Positions 39,368 through 48,066 of a stretch of DNA of 64,000 bases are shown here, in pieces. The notes under the pieces are model-generated. The model was not told the DNA's origin. It saw only the letters and a program-made list of their open reading frames with translations, and did not search any database. The translations under genes were made by a program, and so were the position numbers. Origin of the DNA: a virus; the IMG/VR virus record IMGVR_UViG_3300027863_000020, positions 64,001 to 128,000 of that record, one strand, 5' to 3'. Position 1 is the stretch's first letter, and each line of letters starts with the position of its first letter.

Positions 39368-39682
39368 TCACCCCATAGGTGTATATTTGGTCGTTGTGAT
39401 TGGACATTGCTGATTGACATGATCCCAGAACTTTCCCGCAACATGGGTCTGGAATCCACACGCACATTCAAAAGTTTGGTCGAATTCTGTCAGGTTGGAC
39501 GGGATGGCCTGTACCCGTGGGAGAATACCCTTTCCAGTCGTTCTCGTAGGCAATCCAGTCCGAATTCCAGAGTCGGCTCCATTCTTATTAGCCCACTCCC
39601 GAAAGTCCTTATTGACGGCCTCAATGAAGGATTGACGGGTCTTGGTGAGGGCATCCATGACGAATGTGGTTGGAAGTGTCAT
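39368..39682 (-). CDS. hypothetical protein
   Basis: ATGA overlap; C-terminal CxC..H. Confidence 0.55.
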   Translation of the reverse strand: MTLPTTFVMDALTKTRQSFIEAVNKDFREWANKNGADSGIRTGLPTRTTGKGILPRVQAIPSNLTEFDQTFECACGFQTHVAGKFWDHVNQQCPITTTKYTPMG

Positions 39683-39891
39683 GCAATCCCCACTTCGTAG
39701 CCGAAATTGCTAGGGGTGAGCATCATGGTCTTCCAAAGGCGACCCGCTCGTTTGGCAAGGCTATTGAACAAGCACCGCTTTCTCCAAGCATCACGCACGA
39801 TGATCGAACGGGAACGCCCGTCCAGTTTATGCGAATCTTTCAGCGCATTGTAGAGACCAGTTCCGATCTTGCATTCAAGTTTTGTAGTCAT
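39679..39891 (-). CDS. possible ribbon-helix-helix protein
   Basis: LYNALK..GRSRSIIVRDAW pattern. Confidence 0.4.
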   Translation of the reverse strand: MTTKLECKIGTGLYNALKDSHKLDGRSRSIIVRDAWRKRCLFNSLAKRAGRLWKTMMLTPSNFGYEVGIA

Positions 39892-40118
39892 TTGGTCTCC
39901 ACTGGTTCTTCTTTGCATTCGTACAAAGGACGGATTTCGTAGCTTCGTGCTCCATTATGGATTTGAGCATTATACATAACCTTCGCTTGAACCTTGTTGG
40001 TATGAACGCTTCGCACGGAACCATGTTCAAAATTGACAATGAGAAGGAAAGCGGTCGGGTTCTTCGATGTCGCAACCATCCTAGTCGGGTTAGGATTTGC
40101 GGGAAGCCCCCAAATCAT
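39888..40118 (-). CDS. hypothetical protein
   Basis: ATGA overlaps. Confidence 0.5.
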   Translation of the reverse strand: MIWGLPANPNPTRMVATSKNPTAFLLIVNFEHGSVRSVHTNKVQAKVMYNAQIHNGARSYEIRPLYECKEEPVETK

Positions 40119-40244
40119 TTCTTTCTCCCGTAGTTGTCACAGGCAAGCATGGCTTCATCAAGGGTTCGCTTGATCCCAAGATTGAATGCCGATTGAGCCA
40201 TAGCCAAATAATGTCCTTGTGCAGTACGGAGAATGTAATGGTTC

Positions 40245-40544
40245 TTATAGTGGATTTTCATTTTGTTCTCCAATGTTTCCAAGTTCTTTATGGGCTTGTT
40301 GGTGTTCCCACCATTCCACCATATCCCCCATTTGGTCACAGATCATCTTCTCTTGGTGGTCGAAGGATTCCTGAAGTTTTACACGCTTCTTGAGGCACTT
40401 CTTACAGGTGACATGATCCCAATTTCCAGAACCATCGTAGTTCTCGGAACTCCCCCTAGTACCACACGGGGCGAATTCGGGGGAATCCCATTCGGGGTCA
40501 TCCTTATGGGCATGGAAGTATGGGTCGAAATGAGTCTTCGCCAT
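40245..40544 (-). CDS. hypothetical zinc-binding protein
   Basis: PCG..VTCKKC. Confidence 0.55.
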   Translation of the reverse strand: MAKTHFDPYFHAHKDDPEWDSPEFAPCGTRGSSENYDGSGNWDHVTCKKCLKKRVKLQESFDHQEKMICDQMGDMVEWWEHQQAHKELGNIGEQNENPL

Positions 40545-40545
40545 A

Positions 40546-40746
40546 TTATCCACCCAAGGAAATACAAAGTTCCTCTGCGCTGTCCACATGGAACCGTGGA
40601 CTATCGTGGATTGGCTTTCCGTCCTTCAGAACACTCATTCCAAGGAACCGACCATCGGGAGCTTCGTTGCGAATGACTTGGAAGCCAAGACGCTCAAGCC
40701 TTTGCTTGATGGTCAATTCTTCGACATTGACTTGTGGAATGTTCAT
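40546..40746 (-). CDS. hypothetical protein
   Basis: GAGG RBS after class-1 promoter. Confidence 0.6.
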   Translation of the reverse strand: MNIPQVNVEELTIKQRLERLGFQVIRNEAPDGRFLGMSVLKDGKPIHDSPRFHVDSAEELCISLGG

Positions 40747-40810
40747 AGTATCCTCAATTGATCGTTTAATCTCACATTCCCAATATATACTATGTATCTT
40801 GTATAATCAA
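40747..40810 (-). promoter_or_regulatory. class-1 (early) promoter and conserved leader
   Basis: TTGATT-atacaagatacatagta-TATATT then ACGATCAATTGAGG. Confidence 0.8.
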
Positions 40811-41196
40811 GTGGTATTTATGTCAATTAGGATAATTTCTTCACGATCTGCCAATTTCGGCTCCACATAGGCATCATAATCCCATTTCAGTTCCTTGAAC
40901 ATCATCCTGAAAAGGAATTCGCCATTGGGGGTATCTTCGATTATTGGTAATTGGGCAAGGCATTGACGGAACATATTGTCCGTCAATTGATATTCGACTC
41001 CATCAATCTGGAAATACCCCGCCCTCTTGACGAAGTTTCGCCAAGATGCGTCAATTTCCTTGCATAGACGGACGGGGGATTGTTCGACTGGAAGCCTCTG
41101 CGAAAACCACACAAGCATTTCCACCAAATAATTTCGAGCAACATCAAATGACGGATTCGCACGAAATTCCGTCAATACCGTGTAGAAAGTTCTCAT
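40807..41196 (-). CDS. hypothetical protein
   Basis: ATGA overlap. Confidence 0.6.
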   Translation of the reverse strand: MRTFYTVLTEFRANPSFDVARNYLVEMLVWFSQRLPVEQSPVRLCKEIDASWRNFVKRAGYFQIDGVEYQLTDNMFRQCLAQLPIIEDTPNGEFLFRMMFKELKWDYDAYVEPKLADREEIILIDINTT

Positions 41197-41406
41197 TGTC
41201 CCTTCAATCTGTTCGCAAACGACAACATGGTTCCTAGTAGATTCTGTCCCTTTGTTTGTGGCTTGGACTGCTTCTCATCAAGCATCTCAAGCATTATCTG
41301 GACATCGGTGAAGAGGCGGTCTTGGATGTCGGGAATACCCACTTCCTTGGCAATCCGCATCTCCCACGCAATCAATGTCCGATAATCAAACTGTTGGAAA
41401 AAAAAA
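41193..41406 (-). CDS. gp51/GT-like chaperone segment, possibly reached by frameshift
   Basis: Frame stays open through the T9 run at the end of the gp26-like gene. Confidence 0.45.
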
Positions 41407-42165
41407 GACCGACTGCATATCCAGTTCAACCTTTGAGTCTTTTCCACAATGTTGGCATCGCTTGACCACAACATCGACCAGTCCACAATCATACTTCTTG
41501 ACCGCTTCGTGGATTTTCACAACTTCAAGGGGTTCGAGAGAGTCGATCCACTCGAATACCGATAGGGGATCATTCTTCTCAAGGCCATTGACGGTCACGA
41601 AAGAAGCGATGTATGCGTCAAGCTCAATCGACTCTTCTTCTGCATAGAGCTTGGTGATTTTGGTTGCTTCAATGGCACGGAGAGCGGAAGGAAGGGCGAC
41701 CGTGATTTTCTTTCCACCAATATCAAGGACTTCGCCCATAGGGGTCAGACCTTCGGCAAGATTGACGGATTCGATGTCGCTTGGTTCGAGCTTGAACGAA
41801 GTATCCTTTCCGCATTCGGGATTGGTACAGGTGAAAAGCATATCGAACCGTGGATCAAGCATCGTATTGGCACGGAGCCAAAGGAAGATATAGCGCAAGT
41901 CCGCATCATAGATGTCGGGAGTTTTTCCATCGGGGAACTTGATTGCCGATTGAGCAACGGACAAAAGTGCTTCGTCAATCGTGGAATCATTGGCATAGGA
42001 AATCTTCTTGATTTCACGGTATGTCAATGGGCGACCATACACACCAGTAATCCCAGAAGGCAATCCTTTCACGGGAAACCAGTTTCCGTTCGCTTGCGAC
42101 TGCACGGGTGTAGGTGGATTGATGGTCGATTCTTCTTCTTCAAAGCCTAGATTCTTCGGTTTCAT
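41386..42165 (-). CDS. baseplate hub assembly protein (T4 gp26-like)
   Basis: RPLTYREIK, DLRYIFLWLRANT, CTNPECG and CQHCG motifs, C-terminal FFF. Confidence 0.8.
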   Translation of the reverse strand: MKPKNLGFEEEESTINPPTPVQSQANGNWFPVKGLPSGITGVYGRPLTYREIKKISYANDSTIDEALLSVAQSAIKFPDGKTPDIYDADLRYIFLWLRANTMLDPRFDMLFTCTNPECGKDTSFKLEPSDIESVNLAEGLTPMGEVLDIGGKKITVALPSALRAIEATKITKLYAEEESIELDAYIASFVTVNGLEKNDPLSVFEWIDSLEPLEVVKIHEAVKKYDCGLVDVVVKRCQHCGKDSKVELDMQSVFFFPTV

Positions 42166-42183
42166 TTCAACGCCTCTTTTATA

Positions 42184-42570
42184 TTAGTTAGACACATTCG
42201 ATTTCATGGCTTCCGTCATTTCAGCTTCATCTTTCAAATGACGGATAAGGTTCAAAGCCCGTTCAAGATAGCTGTCTAGCATGATCTTCCCCATCACATC
42301 TTTTGCGACAATGGACATCGACCGATTGATCCTTCCAATTGACGCATCGGTTCCGTGTGGTTTCCCGCCTACGATATTCTTATGGAACTTCTTGAATTCC
42401 ACTAGCATCTCGATTGAGTGTTTTTCATCGACACTCCCCGACTCGCATTCCAAAAAGATTTCAACAATGGTGTTCTTCGCAAAGGCATAGCTATCGTCAT
42501 AACCTTTCCGCAATTCAATATGCTTCTTTGTTCTAATCGCCTTCTTCGCCCCAAGCTCTCTGTTGGTCAT
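42184..42570 (-). CDS. hypothetical protein
   Basis: Packed ORF. Confidence 0.55.
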   Translation of the reverse strand: MTNRELGAKKAIRTKKHIELRKGYDDSYAFAKNTIVEIFLECESGSVDEKHSIEMLVEFKKFHKNIVGGKPHGTDASIGRINRSMSIVAKDVMGKIMLDSYLERALNLIRHLKDEAEMTEAMKSNVSN

Positions 42571-42844
42571 CCCAGTCTTCGGTGTCTGGTTGGTTGGCGA
42601 TTGTTGCATAGAGTTCTTCCTTGACTTCATTTCCTAAAATATGGGTCTTACGCAGATTATCGTCAATCCATTTGATGTATCGGAAATTTTCATCGAACAC
42701 ATCCCGTACTGTTTGACCCTGATATTTTCCAAAAGTGATAATTGATTCAAATTCAAGTGTTTTCTTTTTTGAAACTACTCTTGGCATTGACAGATTTTCC
42801 GTATTCTCGATGGAAACCATTTCCACCACATCCGTATTTACCAT
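42533..42844 (-). CDS. exonuclease-X C-terminal/DUF3820-like protein
   Basis: ITFGKYQGQTVRDV..YIKW. Confidence 0.65.
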   Translation of the reverse strand: MVNTDVVEMVSIENTENLSMPRVVSKKKTLEFESIITFGKYQGQTVRDVFDENFRYIKWIDDNLRKTHILGNEVKEELYATIANQPDTEDWDDQQRAWGEEGD

Positions 42845-42854
42845 AGAGACCTCA

Positions 42855-42898
42855 ACAAAATAAGAGAGGGTACATTGATTGTTTTCAATGTACCCTCT
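42855..42898 (-). terminator. intrinsic terminator-like hairpin
   Basis: 14-bp stem AGAGGGTACATTGA/TCAATGTACCCTCT, T-rich tail on minus strand. Confidence 0.65.
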
Positions 42899-42903
42899 AT
42901 GGT

Positions 42904-43011
42904 TCAACCCTTCTTGGCGGGAGCCTTGACTGCTTTCTTGACTGCCTTTTTCACGGCCTTCTTGACTGCTTTCTTGGCGGGAGCCTTCGTGGTCTTCTTT
43001 GCATCGTTCAT
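42904..43011 (-). CDS. histone H1-like K/A-rich peptide (35 aa)
   Basis: AAGGAGG RBS; MNDAKKTTKAPAKKAVKKAVKKAVKKAVKAPAKKG. Confidence 0.75.
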   Translation of the reverse strand: MNDAKKTTKAPAKKAVKKAVKKAVKKAVKAPAKKG

Positions 43012-43049
43012 CGTTGCCTCCTTGTTATGCGTGATTGAACGGAATTCTA

Positions 43050-43078
43050 AATGTGGTATCTAACTCGAAATTTGTCAA
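43050..43078 (-). promoter_or_regulatory. class-2 promoter TTGACA-N17-CACATT
   Basis: Exact spacing, upstream of the H1-like gene. Confidence 0.7.
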
Positions 43079-43758
43079 TAACTTGACTTTATTGCCTTGG
43101 AGAGAGACCCGTTGCCCGTGGTGAGAATGAGCCGTCTGGAATGGAAGGTAAGTGCTTTCTCGATTGTTCTGGTAATCGTGTCGGCATCCACCTTCAGCAA
43201 GTCGGCTTCGACCCTGTTCAATCGGACTTCTTCTCCCGTGGTTCGGCTGTACGCCATAACCTTGGAGTCGATTTCGATTGTCAATCGGTATAATTGATGG
43301 GTTCCATCATTCCCGACATAGGTGTCCATGTGGAGACTTGGGAACACGATACAGTTTTCCGCTTCTCCGACATCAAGGAACTGGATTATCGCCACTCTGG
43401 AAACAAGCGGGAGCGTGTGCGTGTGGGAGAATATCCATTCCTTTTTGAACCTACGAAGGAAGCTCCACCATAGGAACAGGACTCGGATGTCGGAACACTT
43501 GGGGGGATCGTTGTCTTTCCCGATTGAGAACCCGATTCCAAACTCTTTCACAAGTTCGCCCAATCCACGGGTCTTGCGCCCAACTAGGTCGATTTCGAGC
43601 GTCCAGAAGGCAAATAGAACGGATATGATACTTCCGCTGTACTTGGTCATAAAACCGCCTACATCGGTGCGATAGACGGCAAAACGACCCCATCTTGCGA
43701 TAAGGTCATTCTCGAATCGGTTTCCAGACATATCGCCTGTCAATTTGGTGGAACGCAT
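43075..43758 (-). CDS. hypothetical protein
   Basis: TAATG-coupled 227-aa ORF. Confidence 0.65.
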   Translation of the reverse strand: MRSTKLTGDMSGNRFENDLIARWGRFAVYRTDVGGFMTKYSGSIISVLFAFWTLEIDLVGRKTRGLGELVKEFGIGFSIGKDNDPPKCSDIRVLFLWWSFLRRFKKEWIFSHTHTLPLVSRVAIIQFLDVGEAENCIVFPSLHMDTYVGNDGTHQLYRLTIEIDSKVMAYSRTTGEEVRLNRVEADLLKVDADTITRTIEKALTFHSRRLILTTGNGSLSKAIKSSY

Positions 43759-44228
43759 TATGAGCGATACCGTGAAATGATCTCCATACCACGGAGAAGA
43801 TTCGTGTTGTACTCTGCTTCGATTCCGATGAGACGGAGTTGTTCGTCCAGTGATTCGATCTTGGCTGAATGCGCTTTGTAGGCTTCGCTCTTCTCCAAGA
43901 TGGATTCAGCGTGTGCCTTTCGGGATTCGGCATTGGTGTTGATCTTTTTGCCCTTGTCATCGGATGCTTCGACTGCGACCTTCATGGCATTGGCTTCAAG
44001 GTCACGCATCATAAGGACGGTCTTGCCCTTCTCGATTGACAGTTCACCGTGCTTGATACGAAGGTCACGGATTCCGTTGATGAGGCTCACCAGTTTGGTC
44101 TTGAGGGCGGGAATATCGACCGCATCGGGATTTGGGGTCGGAGGGGGAGGGGGTTGCATCGGAGCACCCATTTGAGGGGCTTGAGCTTTTTGGATTGCGG
44201 GAGGGGCGACTTCGACTTGTTCCTTCAT
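43758..44228 (-). CDS. coiled-coil protein, possibly UvsY-like
   Basis: All-helical; NAESRKA motif; weak resemblance only. Confidence 0.4.
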   Translation of the reverse strand: MKEQVEVAPPAIQKAQAPQMGAPMQPPPPPTPNPDAVDIPALKTKLVSLINGIRDLRIKHGELSIEKGKTVLMMRDLEANAMKVAVEASDDKGKKINTNAESRKAHAESILEKSEAYKAHSAKIESLDEQLRLIGIEAEYNTNLLRGMEIISRYRS

Positions 44229-44258
44229 GGAGCATCCTTTGGTTAGGGTGGAACCATA

Positions 44259-44287
44259 AATATGGGTTCTATACGGATTTTTGTCAA
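44259..44287 (-). promoter_or_regulatory. class-2 promoter TTGACA-N17-CATATT
   Basis: Exact spacing in divergent intergenic region. Confidence 0.7.
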
Positions 44288-44360
44288 AAATCAGAAAAAA
44301 CTTGAAGTATCTTGTAAAGTATTAGCTATATTGACCACATCACGACACATTGAGGATTTT

Positions 44361-44630
44361 ATGGAATCTTGTAGAATCATAATCGAGAACGCCTATGGGA
44401 AGCTAGTCGTTCAATTAGGAACCAAAGTCTTGGTTCAACTTGGTAAGAAATGGGTGGAAGGGGAGGTCTCGAATTTTCGACTCCATGACACCACGGCATT
44501 GATGCCATCATCGCAAATTTGGGTAGAGGTCAAGGGGGAGGGAACCTGTATGCGGTATCTTCACCAGATAAAGCCCATGCCTAGCGAACAACTCGATTTA
44601 CTCACCCACGAAGATTTGAACACCCTCTAA
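44361..44630 (+). CDS. hypothetical protein
   Basis: ATTGAGG RBS. Confidence 0.55.
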   Translation: MESCRIIIENAYGKLVVQLGTKVLVQLGKKWVEGEVSNFRLHDTTALMPSSQIWVEVKGEGTCMRYLHQIKPMPSEQLDLLTHEDLNTL

Positions 44631-44652
44631 TTCACCCACCAACGGAGCATCA

Positions 44653-45264
44653 ATGTCATCACTACCATACGGTCAAACAGTTGAACAGTTGTACAACGAC
44701 CACAAAGGTCTCATCTACAAGTACGCATACAAGCATCTCAAGAAGTGGTCTCGTTTGCGGACTATTTCGGAAGCACTGTCGGACGCATACACGATCTTTA
44801 TGGAAAGCATCAAGAATTTCGACCCTTCTGAATCCGCTCATGGAAATACGAAGTACGGATTCTACATTCACTTGCGGTCTCAATTGGAATGTGGCCTCAA
44901 GGGAGTAAGACGGGAGTATTACAAGACGGCATCCAGAGAAGTTTCAGAATCCCGTCTCGATCCTCAATTGGCGACAAAGCTCTTCGGAGAAACCCTTATG
45001 AACTCCGACTATGGGCGCACTATCAAAGTTGCCGACTCAATCATGGACATCACGAAGATTCTTTCCGAATGCGAACTGGATGATCGGTACAGTACCGTGC
45101 TTCGCCACTATTATGGGCTAATTACCGAAGAGAAGGAAACGCTACGATCCACCGCTGAATTTGTCGGAATCAGTCACGAAAGAGTGCGACAAATCATCAA
45201 TCAATCGGAAAAGAAAATCCACACCCGCTTTCAATCCGACATCAATCTCTTTCATAATCTGTGA
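44653..45264 (+). CDS. phage-encoded sigma-70 family sigma factor
   Basis: Region 2 (GLIYKYA..FMESIKNFDP) and region 4 HTH (TLRSTAEFVGISHERVRQI). Confidence 0.85.
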   Translation: MSSLPYGQTVEQLYNDHKGLIYKYAYKHLKKWSRLRTISEALSDAYTIFMESIKNFDPSESAHGNTKYGFYIHLRSQLECGLKGVRREYYKTASREVSESRLDPQLATKLFGETLMNSDYGRTIKVADSIMDITKILSECELDDRYSTVLRHYYGLITEEKETLRSTAEFVGISHERVRQIINQSEKKIHTRFQSDINLFHNL

Positions 45265-45270
45265 TTTCGC

Positions 45271-45292
45271 TTGCTACTAAATACAGTAGCAA
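45271..45292 (+). promoter_or_regulatory. late promoter TAAATA inside a hairpin abutting the start codon
   Basis: TTGCTACT-aaatac-AGTAGCAA then ATG. Confidence 0.65.
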
Positions 45293-45949
45293 ATGACGAA
45301 CGCAGATACCATACTCAATACCACCGAAAAAGCGGTGACTGTCGCCAACAATCAGGGGATCGCCAACACGATCACCGTGATTGTTGTTGCCATAATCGCT
45401 ATCTATTTCATCATACAAATGATTGGGAGTCGTAAGCAATGGAATAATGACTCTTCTTCATTGAAGACTATCCGTGATGATGTAGCAACGACAAAGAATG
45501 CAGTGGTGAAAATCCCAACATATCATTGGGAAATAACCTCGATGTTGGATCAGATTCTTCAGAGGTATAGCGATCATTTCTCGGTGGAACAGTGCATTCT
45601 CATCGCCAATTCCGTATTACAGGGAACGAAGTCTCGATTGGAATTGAAGGCAATCAAGATCATAATTGAGAACGACATTGAGAACAAATGGAATCGCATC
45701 GAAATAAAAGTTAGGGAAATCATCGGTTCGCACTGGCAAACCGATATGTCCCTCTTGGAGTCGTTCATTGTCCGTGATGGTAAACCAATATCCGACTACA
45801 TCGACCAAGATGATGTAGAGGAATTGACCAAGTTTCTTCTCATCGCAATCCGTGAAAAATACTCTTTCTCCGATATTGATGAAGGACTGTCCAACATCTA
45901 TCGGGAGATATTCGCTTCATTGACTACGAAGCTCAAGAAAGAGATTTAA
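45293..45949 (+). CDS. single-TM membrane protein, putative holin
   Basis: One N-terminal TM helix plus soluble C-domain; hairpin-gated late promoter. Confidence 0.45.
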   Translation: MTNADTILNTTEKAVTVANNQGIANTITVIVVAIIAIYFIIQMIGSRKQWNNDSSSLKTIRDDVATTKNAVVKIPTYHWEITSMLDQILQRYSDHFSVEQCILIANSVLQGTKSRLELKAIKIIIENDIENKWNRIEIKVREIIGSHWQTDMSLLESFIVRDGKPISDYIDQDDVEELTKFLLIAIREKYSFSDIDEGLSNIYREIFASLTTKLKKEI

Positions 45950-46176
45950 GGATCGTATTCGTTCGCAAGAACACCCGCAATCTGGTCTGCTGTCTTTCCG
46001 ACCGTCCAGTCCGTTGCCATCTTGCCGATACGGGGTACTGAATACACACGGCTCATCTCACCATGACTCGCATCATTTGGACACACGGGGGCGGTCGTAT
46101 CATTGACCGATTCGTGTTCGTGGTTCACCTTTTTGCCACACATATGGCACTCATAGGTCTTGATAATCAACGGCAC
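45946..46176 (-). CDS. FmdB-family zinc ribbon protein
   Basis: MP..TYECHMCG..CP..MSRVYSVP. Confidence 0.7.
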   Translation of the reverse strand: MPLIIKTYECHMCGKKVNHEHESVNDTTAPVCPNDASHGEMSRVYSVPRIGKMATDWTVGKTADQIAGVLANEYDP

Positions 46177-46199
46177 TTTTCACCTCACTAAATATGGTT

Positions 46200-46499
46200 A
46201 TGAACACAAAGATATTGTTCCCGACCGACCCAATGGCATACACTGGCTACAAGCGTCCATCCAACCTGTTTCCAGACTGTTTCGTACAGAGGAAAAAGTA
46301 TCGGAGGGATTCTTGGGATGAAAACAAATTCGTGTTTCTGAATGGACTCGAAGTTTGTTGGTTCGACTCGAAGATGAAATACACTCCGACCGAACCCGAT
46401 GTAGAAGCATCGGATTGGGCTGTTTCCGAAATGACGGATCAGGAATGTAATTCATTGCTCGATACCATGATAACGGTTATGGTCAATGAAGAGGCATGA
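46200..46499 (+). CDS. DUF2829/Tad2-like protein
   Basis: KYRRDSW..FVFL..YTPTEPDVEASDW; TAAATA at 46189-46194. Confidence 0.55.
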   Translation: MNTKILFPTDPMAYTGYKRPSNLFPDCFVQRKKYRRDSWDENKFVFLNGLEVCWFDSKMKYTPTEPDVEASDWAVSEMTDQECNSLLDTMITVMVNEEA

Positions 46500-46965
46500 T
46501 CTTCGTTGGGGGATCAATGATTGACGAATAAGGGGAAATTGACAACCCCCATTTCTCAATCTGCACATAGATGAAATCACCGATGTATCCCGCCAATTGA
46601 GCATAGAATTCTTCGCTAGTCCGATGGTCATGGGAGCAACCGATATGGTTTCCGACCTTCATGGTAGCGTGATGGATTTCGTGATGGATGACATTGTGGT
46701 TCATTCCATTCGGTGAAAGCATCACAATGACCCGACCACGATCATAGTCATAGAAAGTGACACCATAGTAGCCATGATCCACCCAAGGCCGTTCGATGGC
46801 AGGGAACAGTTCACGGAAGTCTTTAGAATTGACAAGTTTTTCCATGTCAGAAGTACATACCAAATGGAAATCCGCTTCGATCAGGGGAATCTTGGAATTG
46901 GCATGAAGCACATAGGGCTTGATCGCCTTGGGCTTTTTGATTACTTGTTTTTTCCGCATCCGCAT
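46483..46965 (-). CDS. HEXXH zinc-metallopeptidase-like protein
   Basis: VIHHEIHHAT..EEFYAQLAGY. Confidence 0.65.
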   Translation of the reverse strand: MRMRKKQVIKKPKAIKPYVLHANSKIPLIEADFHLVCTSDMEKLVNSKDFRELFPAIERPWVDHGYYGVTFYDYDRGRVIVMLSPNGMNHNVIHHEIHHATMKVGNHIGCSHDHRTSEEFYAQLAGYIGDFIYVQIEKWGLSISPYSSIIDPPTKIMPLH

Positions 46966-47309
46966 CCCCCGCCTTTCGGTAATTGACCGTTCTGGATCGA
47001 CTCTTGCAACTTGGACATAGCGGAGCGGATCATAGTAGCCGCCTGTACCCCCGCATTGACCACCTGTACCTTCCATTTCTCTGGAAGGACATTGAGGGCG
47101 GGTGCGATCTTTGGTTGCTCCACCATGAGCCTACGAAGGGCATCCTTGCCCTGATAGACCGTCCCATCGGTTCCGATGTAGCGGAATGTCTTGGCATTGG
47201 CCTCAATCGGGCGGTACTCAATCGCATCGCCAATGTAGGACTGGATGGCTCCACGAAATGCCTTGCAGAGAGGGCAAGTCGCATCGTAAAAAAGAATTCC
47301 TTTGCTCAT
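46941..47309 (-). CDS. DUF393/DCC1-like thiol-disulfide oxidoreductase
   Basis: ILFYDATCPLC..DGTVYQGKDA. Confidence 0.75.
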   Translation of the reverse strand: MSKGILFYDATCPLCKAFRGAIQSYIGDAIEYRPIEANAKTFRYIGTDGTVYQGKDALRRLMVEQPKIAPALNVLPEKWKVQVVNAGVQAATMIRSAMSKLQESIQNGQLPKGGGCGCGKNK

Positions 47310-47318
47310 TTGTTCACC

Positions 47319-47579
47319 TTATATTGCAAATGGGATGATTCCTTGGATTTCCAAATCGAACTTCTTGCAGTAATGCAATGCGCTGTCCCTGTTCGGGAAC
47401 GAATGCAACCAGAAGTCGGGAAGGGTTGAAACGACCACGGCATATTCGTCCTTGCCCCGCTCGTTCGTCAATATGATACGGACGGTCTTCTTGGGCAATT
47501 CCCGCCATTTGTTCAATTTTTCAAGTTCTTGTGGGTGCATAAACGCAAGCCAAGATTGAGGAATTATCAATTCTGGCAT
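47319..47579 (-). CDS. hypothetical protein
   Basis: Packed ORF. Confidence 0.55.
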   Translation of the reverse strand: MPELIIPQSWLAFMHPQELEKLNKWRELPKKTVRIILTNERGKDEYAVVVSTLPDFWLHSFPNRDSALHYCKKFDLEIQGIIPFAI

Positions 47580-48031
47580 ATCGGTTCCACTGCACCTTGG
47601 GGCATCAATTCGGGAACTTCGGTCTTGATACCCGCATTGTACCATTCGGAATAGGACTTCGCACCCATTTCACGGGCATCGGACTCCATGCAGAACCATA
47701 GGAACCCCCGTAGGAAGGCGATACAGACCCGTTCTCCCTTTGGTAAGGGTTCTGGACAATCTAGCTTGGAATTCGCTTCCAGTGCGTCCAGAATGGCCTT
47801 GCTAGTGTCCCTGTTCGGGTACATCTCGACAGTAGCGGTTCCGAAGAAGTATTGGTAATAGATTTGGGTGACTTCCACTGGAACGATGACCCCGCCCACG
47901 CACATGGTCTGTGGTGTGGGGAATTGGGACATTGGATAGACGAATGCCTGTGAGTTTCGGTGATTGACGGGGCGTTTCTCACCGATTCTGGGAATCATGG
48001 TATCCGAAAGGAATGGAAATGATTTTTGCAT
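47567..48031 (-). CDS. hypothetical protein
   Basis: ATG 6 nt after class-2 -10 box. Confidence 0.6.
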   Translation of the reverse strand: MQKSFPFLSDTMIPRIGEKRPVNHRNSQAFVYPMSQFPTPQTMCVGGVIVPVEVTQIYYQYFFGTATVEMYPNRDTSKAILDALEANSKLDCPEPLPKGERVCIAFLRGFLWFCMESDAREMGAKSYSEWYNAGIKTEVPELMPQGAVEPICQN

Positions 48032-48037
48032 ACCGAA

Positions 48038-48066
48038 AATATGGATTCCTACCCGAATGCTGTCAA
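48038..48066 (-). promoter_or_regulatory. class-2 promoter TTGACA-N17-CATATT
   Basis: Exact spacing; overlaps upstream stop. Confidence 0.7.
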
